Source of the DNA: TPA_inf: Saccharomyces
Lineage: Eukaryota
Direction of reading: 5' to 3'
DNA: 64,000 nt
NCBI GenBank assembly: GCA_000146045.2
Contig: BK006944.2
Location: 544,001-608,000, forward strand
Shown: positions 40,952 to 51,800 of the stretch, one piece after another
Numbering within the stretch: position 1 is the stretch's first letter
Layout of the letters: each line of letters begins with the position of its first letter
Program-made: the position numbers and the translations under genes
Notes under the pieces: model-generated
Told to the model about the DNA's origin: nothing
The model's database searches: none
The model's input: the letters and a program-made list of their open reading frames with translations, nothing else

Positions 40952-42709
40952 ATGGAGAACGACAAGGCGTCACATGCGAGCCCAAGCATTGGAGTGAACG
41001 AATTTGTCGTTCAAGGGGAGATATCCATAGACGACTCCGAAAGGTCTGTCAAGAGTGTTAGCGTTAGCATAAGTGATGATGAGGATAGTAAGACAGATGT
41101 ACAAGATAATATGGCCACACCGTCCACAAGATCGAAATTTCAAACAGATCTGGCCATTGATAATAGGCTATTGGAAAAAGATCCAAAGTACAAAAAACTT
41201 TTCACTGAAAAAAGAAGACGTCGAAGACCAGAAAGCTGTATTAACCTCATGACTAAAGGTAAGGGCACTGGACAAAAAGATAACATTAATGATCAAATTT
41301 TCAGCCTAAGAATATTACCAGGCTCCGATTTAAACTCTTTAAAGGATTCTTTATGGATAATAAAGATCTCTACCCAGCCAGATGTTGAAAAAACAATCGC
41401 AAGAGCTTTTTCTGATTTCTATTGGTTATATCATCAATTACAAAATAACCACTGGGGAAAAACGATTCCTCCGCCTACAAGGTCCAACATTCTTGTAGAG
41501 AAGGACGAATTTGCCATAAATCATCTTTTTATGATACGTAATAATGAGAAGTATGATCCAATTTTTAATTTCAAACCGGAATATATCATATCATTGCAAT
41601 TGATGGCAATGATTAAGCACATATTCAATGACAAGGTTTTACGTTTGGATTCAAATTTCATAGATTTTATTAGTTGGGATGACGATCTTCCTGAAAGTTT
41701 GCAAATAGTAGTCGATGACAGTACCTTCACAGGGGATAAAATACTAATGACATCTTCTCAATTTCGAGAATTAAAAGAGTTTCATAAACAATCAAAAAAA
41801 GTGGAATCAATAACAAATTCACATGCTTCGTTAATACCCGTAACAGAACTTACCGAAATATATATAAGCCCGACCAAATTATTCTCTAGAAAAGACTACC
41901 AAAGGCTTTTTCAACCTCAAAGCACAGACAACACCTTTAATAACAATGACCCGTTGATTCAAGAGTGGATACCAAAAAGCAAAACATTATTCACTAGTTT
42001 ATCCTTTGGTTCAAGTGCACCTACTTATCAAGAAGCGTCAACTGAGATACAGGCATGCCATGACTGGGTAAGCATATCCAAGGAGCAATGGAAACAGTTA
42101 CTCTACCATGTATTACAGTACATTGTAGACGAGGCAGTGAAGGTGAATTCTGTGATAAACGAATTTACTGAGTGTCTTAAGCAAATTTCTTTGGACGAAG
42201 TCATTAGAGCAAACTCTGAACTATTTTTGAAATTTTCCAAACTGAATGAATCCTTTCTAAAAAAATTCAAAGGTGCATCGAGGCAAGACATTCTGAAGCT
42301 AATCATATTATTTGATGAAAATGTAAGATTTTGCGAATCATTTGAATCCATCTTAAATCAAAGATTGAAGCTTGGTAAAATTCTAAGCATCATAGAAGTG
42401 GATCTAGACAAGAAGAAAAACTTTCTTGACAAACTATCTCCGGGAAACAACAACAGTAACAATGAAGACCTTAAGATACGCACGGCAGAGGATGAATACC
42501 GCATTGTATTAAAAAGATATAACCGTGTTAAGCAGAGCTGGGAGAAAATTATGGAAGATATCTTAAATGAACGGAAAGAATTTGAGAAGAGAGAAGCCGC
42601 CGAGGTTAATAGTTGTTTAAAATCAATAAGAGATTTGAACATGGATGAAAAGAAACACTATTTACAATTATGGCAAGACTTTGTACCAGATGAGCACATA
42701 AGCCAATGA
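40952..42709 (+). CDS. PX-domain sorting-nexin-like protein, Vps5 paralog-like, 585 aa (YKR078W)
   Basis: PX-like region (RAFSDFYWLYHQLQNNHW...PPP) followed by a predicted coiled-coil/BAR-like C-terminal half. Confidence 0.8.
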   Translation: MENDKASHASPSIGVNEFVVQGEISIDDSERSVKSVSVSISDDEDSKTDVQDNMATPSTRSKFQTDLAIDNRLLEKDPKYKKLFTEKRRRRRPESCINLMTKGKGTGQKDNINDQIFSLRILPGSDLNSLKDSLWIIKISTQPDVEKTIARAFSDFYWLYHQLQNNHWGKTIPPPTRSNILVEKDEFAINHLFMIRNNEKYDPIFNFKPEYIISLQLMAMIKHIFNDKVLRLDSNFIDFISWDDDLPESLQIVVDDSTFTGDKILMTSSQFRELKEFHKQSKKVESITNSHASLIPVTELTEIYISPTKLFSRKDYQRLFQPQSTDNTFNNNDPLIQEWIPKSKTLFTSLSFGSSAPTYQEASTEIQACHDWVSISKEQWKQLLYHVLQYIVDEAVKVNSVINEFTECLKQISLDEVIRANSELFLKFSKLNESFLKKFKGASRQDILKLIILFDENVRFCESFESILNQRLKLGKILSIIEVDLDKKKNFLDKLSPGNNNSNNEDLKIRTAEDEYRIVLKRYNRVKQSWEKIMEDILNERKEFEKREAAEVNSCLKSIRDLNMDEKKHYLQLWQDFVPDEHISQ

Positions 42710-42788
42710 ATATGTACATAATAACGTAATTAAAGAAGATAATTTACTACTGAAAAAGCAACAATATAAGAAGTTAAGATGAATTATA

Positions 42789-45305
42789 CTAATTTTTCTT
42801 GTGTTTCTTAAGTTTGACTTCCAAATCTTGTACGCTTTCAACGTCATCAACATCTTCTTCTTCTTCCTTTTCTTCAACAAATGCCTTATTCAGCAGTGGA
42901 AAAATACGCTGCTGTTCACCAATTTTCTCATAATCAACGATCATACTGTCGAAAGCAAAACAAAATTCTCTCGCCATCACATCAATATTATTGTCTAATT
43001 GGGGCAATTTGGGATATCTCTGGGAAAAGTGTGTTAAGATCAACTTCCTAGCATTCATTTTGTTCGAAACACCGATTGCTTCATTAATAGTGCAGTGTTT
43101 TTTCTTCACGGCATCCTCCAGTAGCTGATTTTCTAGTGTAGCTTCGTGAATTAATAGATCTGAATTATAGCCTATTTCGAGGGAAAATTTCTCGATGTTA
43201 GGTCTTGTATCGCCTGAATATGAAACCTTGAATGTATTATGCTCATTGTTTTCGTCCATTCGGAAGGTAATTGAGTTCGAATATGCCCAGTCACAATGTA
43301 TAGCTCTGCAAGTTTGAAAATATTCTATCGATAAATCCTCATACATTTGTCTGATCAAGTCAACATCCCTATATGAAGAATCTCTATCCAGTTCCAGTTT
43401 TCTGTTTGATTCTTGATTGCTATTTTCTTTCAATATTTCATTGAACTCTGCCAAAGGAACAGATTGTGTCTGCATTCTTACAAACGAATCATTGATGAAA
43501 TGCTCACAACTTATGTATTTGATTCTCTTTAAAATCTCTTTATTTTCTAGAACTAACCATTCATTAACAAATTTGTGATATTGCCATGGAGTAACCACAT
43601 ATATATAACTCGTTTCATCATCCTTGTTATATTTGTACCATTCATTTAGCACGCTGATTATTCCCAAATGGTGGTCTGCATGCAAGTGACTCAGATATAT
43701 CATTTTCAAATCCTGAAATATTGACTTGACTGCTAGCTGAGAAAACATCCTGTGTATGGTACCTAAAGTATTTTCACCAGCATCTAGCATAATGTTTCTA
43801 TTTATGGTATTTCCATCGGCGTCAGTAAAAGGAACTTTAACAAGTGTGGAGACAACGTTTCTATATTTAGAAGGCAATGCACTACCGGTTCCTAAGGTGA
43901 TAATTTCAACGTGTTTCTTCTTTTCTGCTGAATTGTTAAAGTTATCCACGTGTAGTTGATTATTGATAACTGTATCGACATCAGCTAAGGGAAATTCTAA
44001 TGGTTTTACATGTTCTTCGAAAATTTCTTGCCACGAGAAATCCGCCACTTCACCGTTGATGTTGCATTTCATCGGTTCTTCGTTCATCCGAAATGGTTCG
44101 AAAGTTACTGTCTTGTTTTGTGAAAAAATATGAATGTTATCCTTCTCTATTATTGTATTCAAAGGCTCTTCCTGGGATTTACACATAGATGTACCTCTGC
44201 TGAGTGGTGTATCGAATCTGTCGTAGAAGTCCTTGGAAAACACACGATCTGTTTTTGGTAAATTGTAATTATTTACTTGTAGTGCCTTTAATTTCAATGT
44301 GGTCAATGCAGAACCGAAAAATGATATCGTGTTTGGAGAAATTTTATTGTGGGATATCATATGATTTACTTTACCATAATTGTTTTTCTCAAATATGTCA
44401 ATGAACGCGAATAGATTATCATTAATGGTAACCTCATCACCAAGAAAATAATACACCATGCCAAGCTCAGCACAATCATAATCCTTGAATTTTTCTACGA
44501 AAGCGTTCAAATATAGGTCATCTGGGATATCCAGGATCAATACTTTGGCAAAATGACGTTCATTCTCCAATACCTGTTCCGGAGTTACAACAATACCGTT
44601 ATCCAAAGTAATTGTTTGGCCCTTGGTTAACTTTGCAAATAAGGGACCCTTCGGAACACCTAGTTTAATAGCTTCCTCCACTTTAAATTTACCCCTCACT
44701 GGACTGAATGAAATCTCGTAATTCGTAGAAACTTCCACTTTGGCGTCTAAGTCAGGCAACTCTACATTCAAGTGCGGATCACTAGAAGGATCGTACCTAT
44801 CGGTGGGTGCATGTTTGGGGAACATTTTTGCTACTATGGAACGTAATACACCTTTTTGAAAACTATCGAAGACGCCTAACCTGTCTTCCCCCCCATTTTT
44901 CAGAACATTAAAGGATTTAACAGCTATTATCTTATCTTTATATACTTCCTTGTCTTTCATAATGTGATCGTTCAAGTCTATTCCGAATCTAAAGACGAAG
45001 TATCTCCAAGTGGAAACTATGTAATTCAAAATGTCATTGCCGTAATGCAAAACAAGATTACTTTTCCCTTGATCAGCAATAGTCAAAATCATTCCAGGTA
45101 ATCCACCTATATCTGACCAGTTTAATTCACCAGTAAGGAAAATATCCTTCAATTTGGATATCCTGATCTTATTTTCAGTCAGACTCCTTTGGGATCCTTC
45201 ACCAATTTTACCGAAGAAATACTTTTCCCCATGTGCAGACTGGACTAGCAGCAATGGGTGCTTTGTATCCGATGTAGGATGGGTGATGGGTATAAATGTG
45301 AACAT
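42789..45305 (-). CDS. TRZ1: tRNase Z (long form, ELAC2 family), tRNA 3'-end endonuclease, 838 aa (YKR079C)
   Basis: Metallo-beta-lactamase motif HLHADHHLG in the C-terminal half. Pseudo-MBL N-terminal half. First real ATG at complement 45303..45305; the upstream in-frame 'M' of the track is TTG. Confidence 0.9.
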   Translation of the reverse strand: MFTFIPITHPTSDTKHPLLLVQSAHGEKYFFGKIGEGSQRSLTENKIRISKLKDIFLTGELNWSDIGGLPGMILTIADQGKSNLVLHYGNDILNYIVSTWRYFVFRFGIDLNDHIMKDKEVYKDKIIAVKSFNVLKNGGEDRLGVFDSFQKGVLRSIVAKMFPKHAPTDRYDPSSDPHLNVELPDLDAKVEVSTNYEISFSPVRGKFKVEEAIKLGVPKGPLFAKLTKGQTITLDNGIVVTPEQVLENERHFAKVLILDIPDDLYLNAFVEKFKDYDCAELGMVYYFLGDEVTINDNLFAFIDIFEKNNYGKVNHMISHNKISPNTISFFGSALTTLKLKALQVNNYNLPKTDRVFSKDFYDRFDTPLSRGTSMCKSQEEPLNTIIEKDNIHIFSQNKTVTFEPFRMNEEPMKCNINGEVADFSWQEIFEEHVKPLEFPLADVDTVINNQLHVDNFNNSAEKKKHVEIITLGTGSALPSKYRNVVSTLVKVPFTDADGNTINRNIMLDAGENTLGTIHRMFSQLAVKSIFQDLKMIYLSHLHADHHLGIISVLNEWYKYNKDDETSYIYVVTPWQYHKFVNEWLVLENKEILKRIKYISCEHFINDSFVRMQTQSVPLAEFNEILKENSNQESNRKLELDRDSSYRDVDLIRQMYEDLSIEYFQTCRAIHCDWAYSNSITFRMDENNEHNTFKVSYSGDTRPNIEKFSLEIGYNSDLLIHEATLENQLLEDAVKKKHCTINEAIGVSNKMNARKLILTHFSQRYPKLPQLDNNIDVMAREFCFAFDSMIVDYEKIGEQQRIFPLLNKAFVEEKEEEEDVDDVESVQDLEVKLKKHKKN

Positions 45306-45659
45306 CGTTGAAAACCTTCCAGGACTCTTTTCTTTGCGGGTGGTCGTTCTATTAGTCTGTTGCTTTTTAGGTCCCTTTCTGTATGATTTATACCTCCTGA
45401 CCAAATGGGAAAATGCAGATGAGAAGGATTTCAAGTGTGAATGACTATTTAGTAGTATATTCGACAGTTTGAATTATGCTTGAGGAAGATTATTTCACTG
45501 CCGCTCTATATCCTTTCGGGTATTTTAGAGAGAGAAAAGGAGGCAAAAAACAACCACCTAGACAGAATCATTAAAAGGTGGTATGAACTGCCGAAAAAGG
45601 GCCCAAGACAAGGTTTAGGATGCTAATTATGTCTTCCCTTTACGTCAGTTATAGATTAT

Positions 45660-45680
45660 GCGATGCCCAAAAATTTTTTT
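45660..45680. promoter_or_regulatory. PAC-like GCGATGCC immediately followed by RRPE AAAAATTTTTTT in the TRZ1-MTD1 intergenic region
   Basis: tatGCGATGCCcAAAAATTTTTTTcac, about 360 bp upstream of the TRZ1 ATG. The PAC part matches GCGATGAG at 6 of 8 positions. Confidence 0.35.
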
Positions 45681-46220
45681 CACTGCGGGTAAGTGTTCTG
45701 AAATACCGAGCAGTTACTATGTAGAAACGCTACGTCCTCGTTTGAGATATCAGTGGGCGATATTAATGCAACCAGGAATACCGCAACCCCATTACAATGG
45801 CCTAGCAAACATTCTGTAACAGCAATTTTGATTTGTTGAGTGGGTTGCTCTTTTTTTTATAGCATGACAATGATATCCGTAGGAACAGTGACATCGTATT
45901 TCAAATATGCATTCGAAAAAAAATAACCCAACTGAGGCTGTAGTATATTGTTTATGCAGGCTGTCACCTCCATAAATTGATATTTTATGGCATTATTCGC
46001 TACTCCAAGGTACCCTAAGAGGCCCTACTTTTTTGCGAAAAACCCCAAGACAATTTATTCTTTTCCTAGTCCAAGTCCTGACAAAAAATGAAAGCCCTGC
46101 GACTCTTTTTGGCGGAGTCAGCCCGAATCAACACAAGCCCTAATATTCCCAATGAACTGGTAAATAGATTTCTACAACGTTGTAAAGACTAATATTACTG
46201 TCTTTACTATTATGATATAT

Positions 46221-46227
46221 TGACTCA
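46221..46227. promoter_or_regulatory. TGACTCA (Gcn4/Bas1-type site) about 170 bp upstream of MTD1
   Basis: tatatTGACTCAgtag read directly. Confidence 0.45.
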
Positions 46228-46394
46228 GTAGAAAAGGAAAAAAAGCAACTACGCAAAGTATTTAAGTGCCTTGCAACCAGCTTCTTCTTGGGCTGAGATA
46301 CAATACCTCCTTGTCTATTCAAGTGTACAGTATCGCAAAGCACAGTAAAATTAATTCCTATCAACACAACCCATCAATATAAATCTATAGAGAA

Positions 46395-47357
46395 ATGTCG
46401 AAGCCTGGTCGTACTATTTTAGCAAGCAAGGTCGCCGAAACTTTCAATACCGAAATAATTAACAACGTAGAGGAATACAAGAAGACACATAATGGTCAAG
46501 GTCCCCTTCTTGTGGGATTCCTAGCTAATAATGATCCTGCTGCAAAGATGTATGCTACATGGACTCAAAAGACTAGCGAGTCAATGGGGTTCCGCTATGA
46601 CTTAAGGGTCATTGAAGATAAGGATTTTTTGGAAGAAGCGATAATACAAGCTAACGGCGATGACTCTGTGAACGGTATCATGGTATACTTTCCTGTTTTC
46701 GGTAATGCTCAAGATCAGTATTTGCAACAGGTTGTGTGCAAGGAAAAAGATGTAGAAGGGTTAAATCATGTTTACTACCAAAACCTGTACCATAATGTCA
46801 GATACCTGGACAAAGAAAACCGTTTGAAATCCATTCTACCTTGCACACCACTAGCTATCGTTAAGATATTGGAATTCTTGAAAATTTACAACAATTTGTT
46901 ACCAGAAGGAAACAGACTGTATGGGAAGAAATGCATAGTAATTAACAGGTCAGAAATCGTCGGTAGACCACTGGCGGCGCTATTAGCCAATGACGGTGCC
47001 ACAGTATACTCTGTGGACGTTAACAACATTCAAAAATTCACCCGTGGTGAAAGTTTGAAATTAAACAAGCATCATGTGGAAGACCTTGGGGAGTACTCTG
47101 AAGATCTGTTGAAAAAGTGTTCTCTTGATTCAGATGTGGTCATCACTGGTGTCCCTAGTGAAAATTACAAATTCCCCACCGAATACATCAAAGAAGGTGC
47201 CGTCTGCATCAATTTTGCATGCACCAAAAATTTTAGCGATGATGTCAAGGAAAAAGCTTCTCTTTACGTTCCAATGACTGGTAAAGTTACCATTGCAATG
47301 TTGTTGAGAAACATGTTACGTTTAGTAAGGAACGTAGAACTGTCTAAAGAAAAATAG
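46395..47357 (+). CDS. MTD1: NAD-dependent 5,10-methylenetetrahydrofolate dehydrogenase, 320 aa (YKR080W)
   Basis: Full-length match (MSKPGRTILASKVAETFNTEIINNVEEYKK...). THF dehydrogenase / cyclohydrolase-like fold with Rossmann motif. Confidence 0.95.
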   Translation: MSKPGRTILASKVAETFNTEIINNVEEYKKTHNGQGPLLVGFLANNDPAAKMYATWTQKTSESMGFRYDLRVIEDKDFLEEAIIQANGDDSVNGIMVYFPVFGNAQDQYLQQVVCKEKDVEGLNHVYYQNLYHNVRYLDKENRLKSILPCTPLAIVKILEFLKIYNNLLPEGNRLYGKKCIVINRSEIVGRPLAALLANDGATVYSVDVNNIQKFTRGESLKLNKHHVEDLGEYSEDLLKKCSLDSDVVITGVPSENYKFPTEYIKEGAVCINFACTKNFSDDVKEKASLYVPMTGKVTIAMLLRNMLRLVRNVELSKEK

Positions 47358-47505
47358 AACATTTGTGGCTGTTCAAATAAGCATAGGTAAAACAGAATAC
47401 ATAAAAATAAGGGAAAAAAAGAAAGATCATTTGTAATGTACTTACTACATACATATAGAATTCTCCTCTCTTAGATTATCATATAATATACAAAGTTTAT
47501 GGGTC

Positions 47506-48540
47506 TTATTTCTTCTGTCTTTTAGCAGAGGGCTCAATATCAGTGGCACTGACGAACTCTTCTTCGTATTCTTGTCCATCATCCGAATACGACGCTTCAT
47601 CTTCGTAGTCTTCATCTACCTCTCCATCACCTTCTTCAGTTCCTTGGTCGAATTTGGATTTCAAACCCTTCATCTTTCTTGTTTGTAGTTTACCCAAATC
47701 TTGTTTGCCCATATGGATTCTACCCAATTTATCACCCATGATATCTAATTCTACATTCTTCTTTGTCTTCATTTCTAATTGTTTTGGCTTCTTGTGAGCT
47801 TCAGTGACCATATCTGGACTTGGAGTATGAATTCTGCCGATTTTGAAATCTAGACGTGGCCCAATCTCCACCAATTCAATACGTGGTAATCTCTTACCAC
47901 CTTGGTCGCTTTTATAACTTTTTAATTTGTAAACACGGAATAGAACGTTCGGCAATGGCTCACCATCTTGGAAGTCACCTTGAATGGTCATGGAAATGAC
48001 ATGTTGTAATCCCGCAACATCCTGTAAATCAGTAGATTCGCCTCTAAAGAAATCTAAAAACAAAGATTTAATTTGCTTGTATACGGGATGTGTATCAAAT
48101 GCAGCACCTTGGAATGTAAACATAGGCTTCAACCCTACAGTAAATGTTAATTTCTTAAAATCAGATAACAACTTGAAATTATCTGCAACCATTAGTTCAA
48201 TCATATCATATATTTTGTAGCCAAATGTACGTATAAAGGTCATGTTGTTTTTACGCTTTTTGGAACTTGTCATCAGCACCATCAATGAACAGTCATTCTT
48301 TTCACTAAAGAACTCTAGTGGCGACATGTCTTCGAAAGGATGAATATCATTCTTACGATTGAACCTCTTCATATCTGGCTTCTTCAAGGCACTCAAATCT
48401 ACCATAATATCGTGCAGATTCTTGTTACAGCTTTGCCCTGGAATGAATAGCGCTTGCTTGACATTCTCTACCAACTTAGCTTCCCTCTTTACCAAAGCTC
48501 TCTTGGCTCTTGCATTCTTGGGTTTTACGGTTCTAATCAT
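47506..48540 (-). CDS. RPF2: Brix-domain 60S ribosome biogenesis factor with acidic C-terminal tail, 344 aa (YKR081C)
   Basis: MIRTVKPKNARAKRALVKREAKLVEN... Brix domain. Acidic tail EEGDGEVDEDYEDEASYSDDGQEYEEE. Confidence 0.9.
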   Translation of the reverse strand: MIRTVKPKNARAKRALVKREAKLVENVKQALFIPGQSCNKNLHDIMVDLSALKKPDMKRFNRKNDIHPFEDMSPLEFFSEKNDCSLMVLMTSSKKRKNNMTFIRTFGYKIYDMIELMVADNFKLLSDFKKLTFTVGLKPMFTFQGAAFDTHPVYKQIKSLFLDFFRGESTDLQDVAGLQHVISMTIQGDFQDGEPLPNVLFRVYKLKSYKSDQGGKRLPRIELVEIGPRLDFKIGRIHTPSPDMVTEAHKKPKQLEMKTKKNVELDIMGDKLGRIHMGKQDLGKLQTRKMKGLKSKFDQGTEEGDGEVDEDYEDEASYSDDGQEYEEEFVSATDIEPSAKRQKK

Positions 48541-48654
48541 TTTTTCTGCCAGTGTTCTCCTGCGCTTTTGGATATGATAACTTCAATACAACTCATCGAT
48601 ATACCAAATCACTTTCCAATAATGCATTACACTATAAGAAAATTCGATCCTTAG

Positions 48655-48681
48655 CTCATCGCAAAAAAATGAAAAATTTTC
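48655..48681. promoter_or_regulatory. PAC (CTCATCGC = GCGATGAG reverse complement, 48655..48662) plus RRPE (TGAAAAATTTTC, 48670..48681) pair in the RPF2/NUP133 divergent promoter
   Basis: agCTCATCGCaaaaaaaTGAAAAATTTTCaaatcg, 115-140 bp upstream of the RPF2 ATG (minus strand). Confidence 0.7.
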
Positions 48682-48824
48682 AAATCGTATAAAACGATAT
48701 ATTTGAGGATTTAGGAATCAAAATAGCAGAATAAACCAAAACATACACCATTTAGGAATAAGGTTTAGAGGAGCTCGAGCATACTGTTACATCCAATTCA
48801 AGTGAAGTACATTAGGATAGCCAT

Positions 48825-51800
48825 ATGAGTGAAAAAAAAGTACATCTTCGTTTGCGGAAGGAACTTAGCGTACCCATTGCGGTGGTTGAAAACGAATCCC
48901 TGGCGCAGTTGTCTTATGAAGAGGAAAGCCAGGCCTCTCTAATGGACATTTCCATGGAGCAGCAACAGTTAAGGTTACATTCGCACTTTGATAATTCCAA
49001 GGTTTTCACAGAAAATAACAGATACATAGTAAAAACCCTTCAAACAGACTACAGTAGCGGATTCAGTAACGATGACGAATTGAATGGATATATCGATATG
49101 CAAATTGGATATGGACTAGTCAATGACCACAAGAAGGTTTACATCTGGAATATTCACTCCACTCAAAAGGATACGCCCTATATAACTGTACCATTTCGTT
49201 CTGATGATAATGATGAAATAGCAGTCGCGCCCAGGTGCATACTAACTTTCCCTGCTACAATGGATGAGTCTCCATTAGCACTGAATCCTAATGATCAGGA
49301 CGAAACCGGAGGGCTTATCATTATCAAAGGTAGCAAAGCGATATATTATGAGGATATCAACTCCATAAATAATTTGAACTTTAAGTTATCTGAAAAATTC
49401 TCTCACGAGTTAGAATTACCCATCAACTCTTCGGGCGGAGAGAAGTGTGACCTAATGTTAAACTGCGAACCTGCTGGTATAGTGCTTTCTACAAATATGG
49501 GCAGAATATTTTTTATAACCATTAGAAATTCCATGGGTAAACCTCAACTGAAGTTAGGCAAACTATTAAATAAACCTTTCAAATTGGGTATCTGGTCCAA
49601 AATTTTCAATACAAACAGTTCAGTTGTCTCATTACGAAATGGACCTATCCTCGGTAAGGGGACAAGGTTAGTATATATTACTACTAACAAAGGAATTTTT
49701 CAAACATGGCAGTTGTCTGCCACGAATTCCCATCCAACAAAATTGATTGATGTAAACATTTACGAAGCCATTTTAGAGTCGCTCCAGGATTTGTATCCAT
49801 TTGCTCATGGTACGTTGAAGATTTGGGACTCTCATCCATTACAAGATGAAAGTTCACAACTTTTCCTGTCATCTATTTACGACAGTTCATGCAATGAAAC
49901 ATATTATATTCTTTCCACGATTATCTTCGATTCTTCTTCTAATAGTTTTACTATTTTTTCCACTTATAGATTGAACACTTTTATGGAGTCAATAACCGAC
50001 ACAAAGTTTAAGCCTAAGATATTTATACCTCAGATGGAGAATGCTAACGATACCAATGAGGTAACTTCCATTTTGGTAATGTTCCCCAATGCTGTTGTCA
50101 TTACTCAGGTGAACTCAAAATTGGACTCTAGCTATTCAATGAGAAGAAAGTGGGAAGATATTGTTAGCCTTAGAAATGACATTGATATAATTGGTTCTGG
50201 TTACGACTCAAAATCTTTGTATGTTTTAACGAAACAAATGGGGGTGCTACAGTTTTTTGTGAAAGAGAATGAGGAAACAAATTCTAAACCGGAAGTTGGG
50301 TTTGTCAAATCTCATGTTGATCAAGCTGTTTATTTCTCCAAAATAAATGCAAATCCCATAGATTTCAATTTACCTCCAGAAATTTCACTAGATCAAGAAT
50401 CTATAGAGCATGATTTAAAATTAACCAGCGAGGAGATTTTTCATTCCAACGGCAAGTACATACCCCCTATGCTAAATACGTTGGGGCAACATCTCTCTGT
50501 CCGTAAAGAATTTTTTCAAAATTTCCTGACATTTGTTGCTAAGAACTTCAACTATAAAATATCACCCGAACTGAAATTGGATCTGATCGAAAAATTTGAG
50601 ATCTTGAATTGCTGTATTAAGTTCAATAGTATCATCAGACAATCTGATGTATTGAACGATATATGGGAGAAGACTTTATCAAACTATAATCTGACACAAA
50701 ATGAACACTTAACTACTAAAACAGTTGTAATCAACAGTCCCGACGTATTTCCAGTAATCTTTAAACAATTTTTAAACCATGTTGTGTTTGTTTTGTTCCC
50801 ATCACAAAATCAAAATTTCAAACTAAATGTTACCAATTTAATCAACTTATGCTTTTATGATGGAATTCTTGAAGAAGGTGAAAAAACTATAAGGTATGAA
50901 CTTTTGGAGTTAGACCCGATGGAGGTTGATACATCCAAGCTACCATGGTTCATAAACTTTGATTACTTAAACTGTATCAATCAATGTTTTTTTGATTTTA
51001 CATTTGCGTGTGAGGAGGAAGGAAGTCTGGATTCTTATAAAGAGGGCTTGTTAAAGATTGTGAAAATTTTATATTATCAGTTCAACCAATTTAAAATATG
51101 GATCAACACGCAACCCGTTAAATCTGTGAACGCCAATGATAATTTTATAAATATCAACAATCTTTATGATGATAACCACCTGGATTGGAACCACGTCCTT
51201 TGTAAGGTAAATCTAAAAGAACAGTGTATTCAAATAGCAGAATTTTACAAAGATTTATCTGGATTGGTGCAAACATTACAAACTTTAGATCAAAATGACT
51301 CAACAACCGTATCGCTATACGAAACATTCTTCAACGAATTCCCTAAAGAGTTTAGCTTTACATTATTTGAATATTTAATCAAGCATAAAAAATTGAACGA
51401 CCTCATCTTCAGGTTCCCACAACAACACGATGTTTTAATACAGTTTTTCCAAGAGTCCGCTCCAAAGTACGGTCATGTAGCATGGATCCAACAGATTCTG
51501 GATGGGTCGTACGCAGATGCCATGAATACTTTAAAAAACATTACTGTTGATGATTCAAAGAAGGGCGAAAGCTTGAGCGAATGTGAATTGCACTTGAATG
51601 TTGCAAAATTAAGCTCGTTGCTAGTTGAAAAGGATAATTTGGACATTAATACTTTGAGAAAGATCCAATATAATTTAGATACAATTGATGCTGAGAAAAA
51701 TATTTCAAACAAATTGAAAAAGGGCGAAGTTCAGATATGTAAACGCTTCAAGAATGGCTCTATCAGGGAAGTTTTCAACATATTAGTGGAAGAGCTTAAA

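Noticed and set aside
45306-45434. Treating the ORF-track 'M' starts as upstream in-frame AUGs (TRZ1, TIF1, YKR070W, MSA2, DAD2, HBS1, TVP38, BET3, DRE2, OAF3, UTP30, AIM29)
   Set aside because: On inspection every one of these track starts is TTG or GTG, not ATG. The first real ATG coincides with the start I remember for each protein. Only the TRZ1 case is kept as a finding because of its presequence-like composition.
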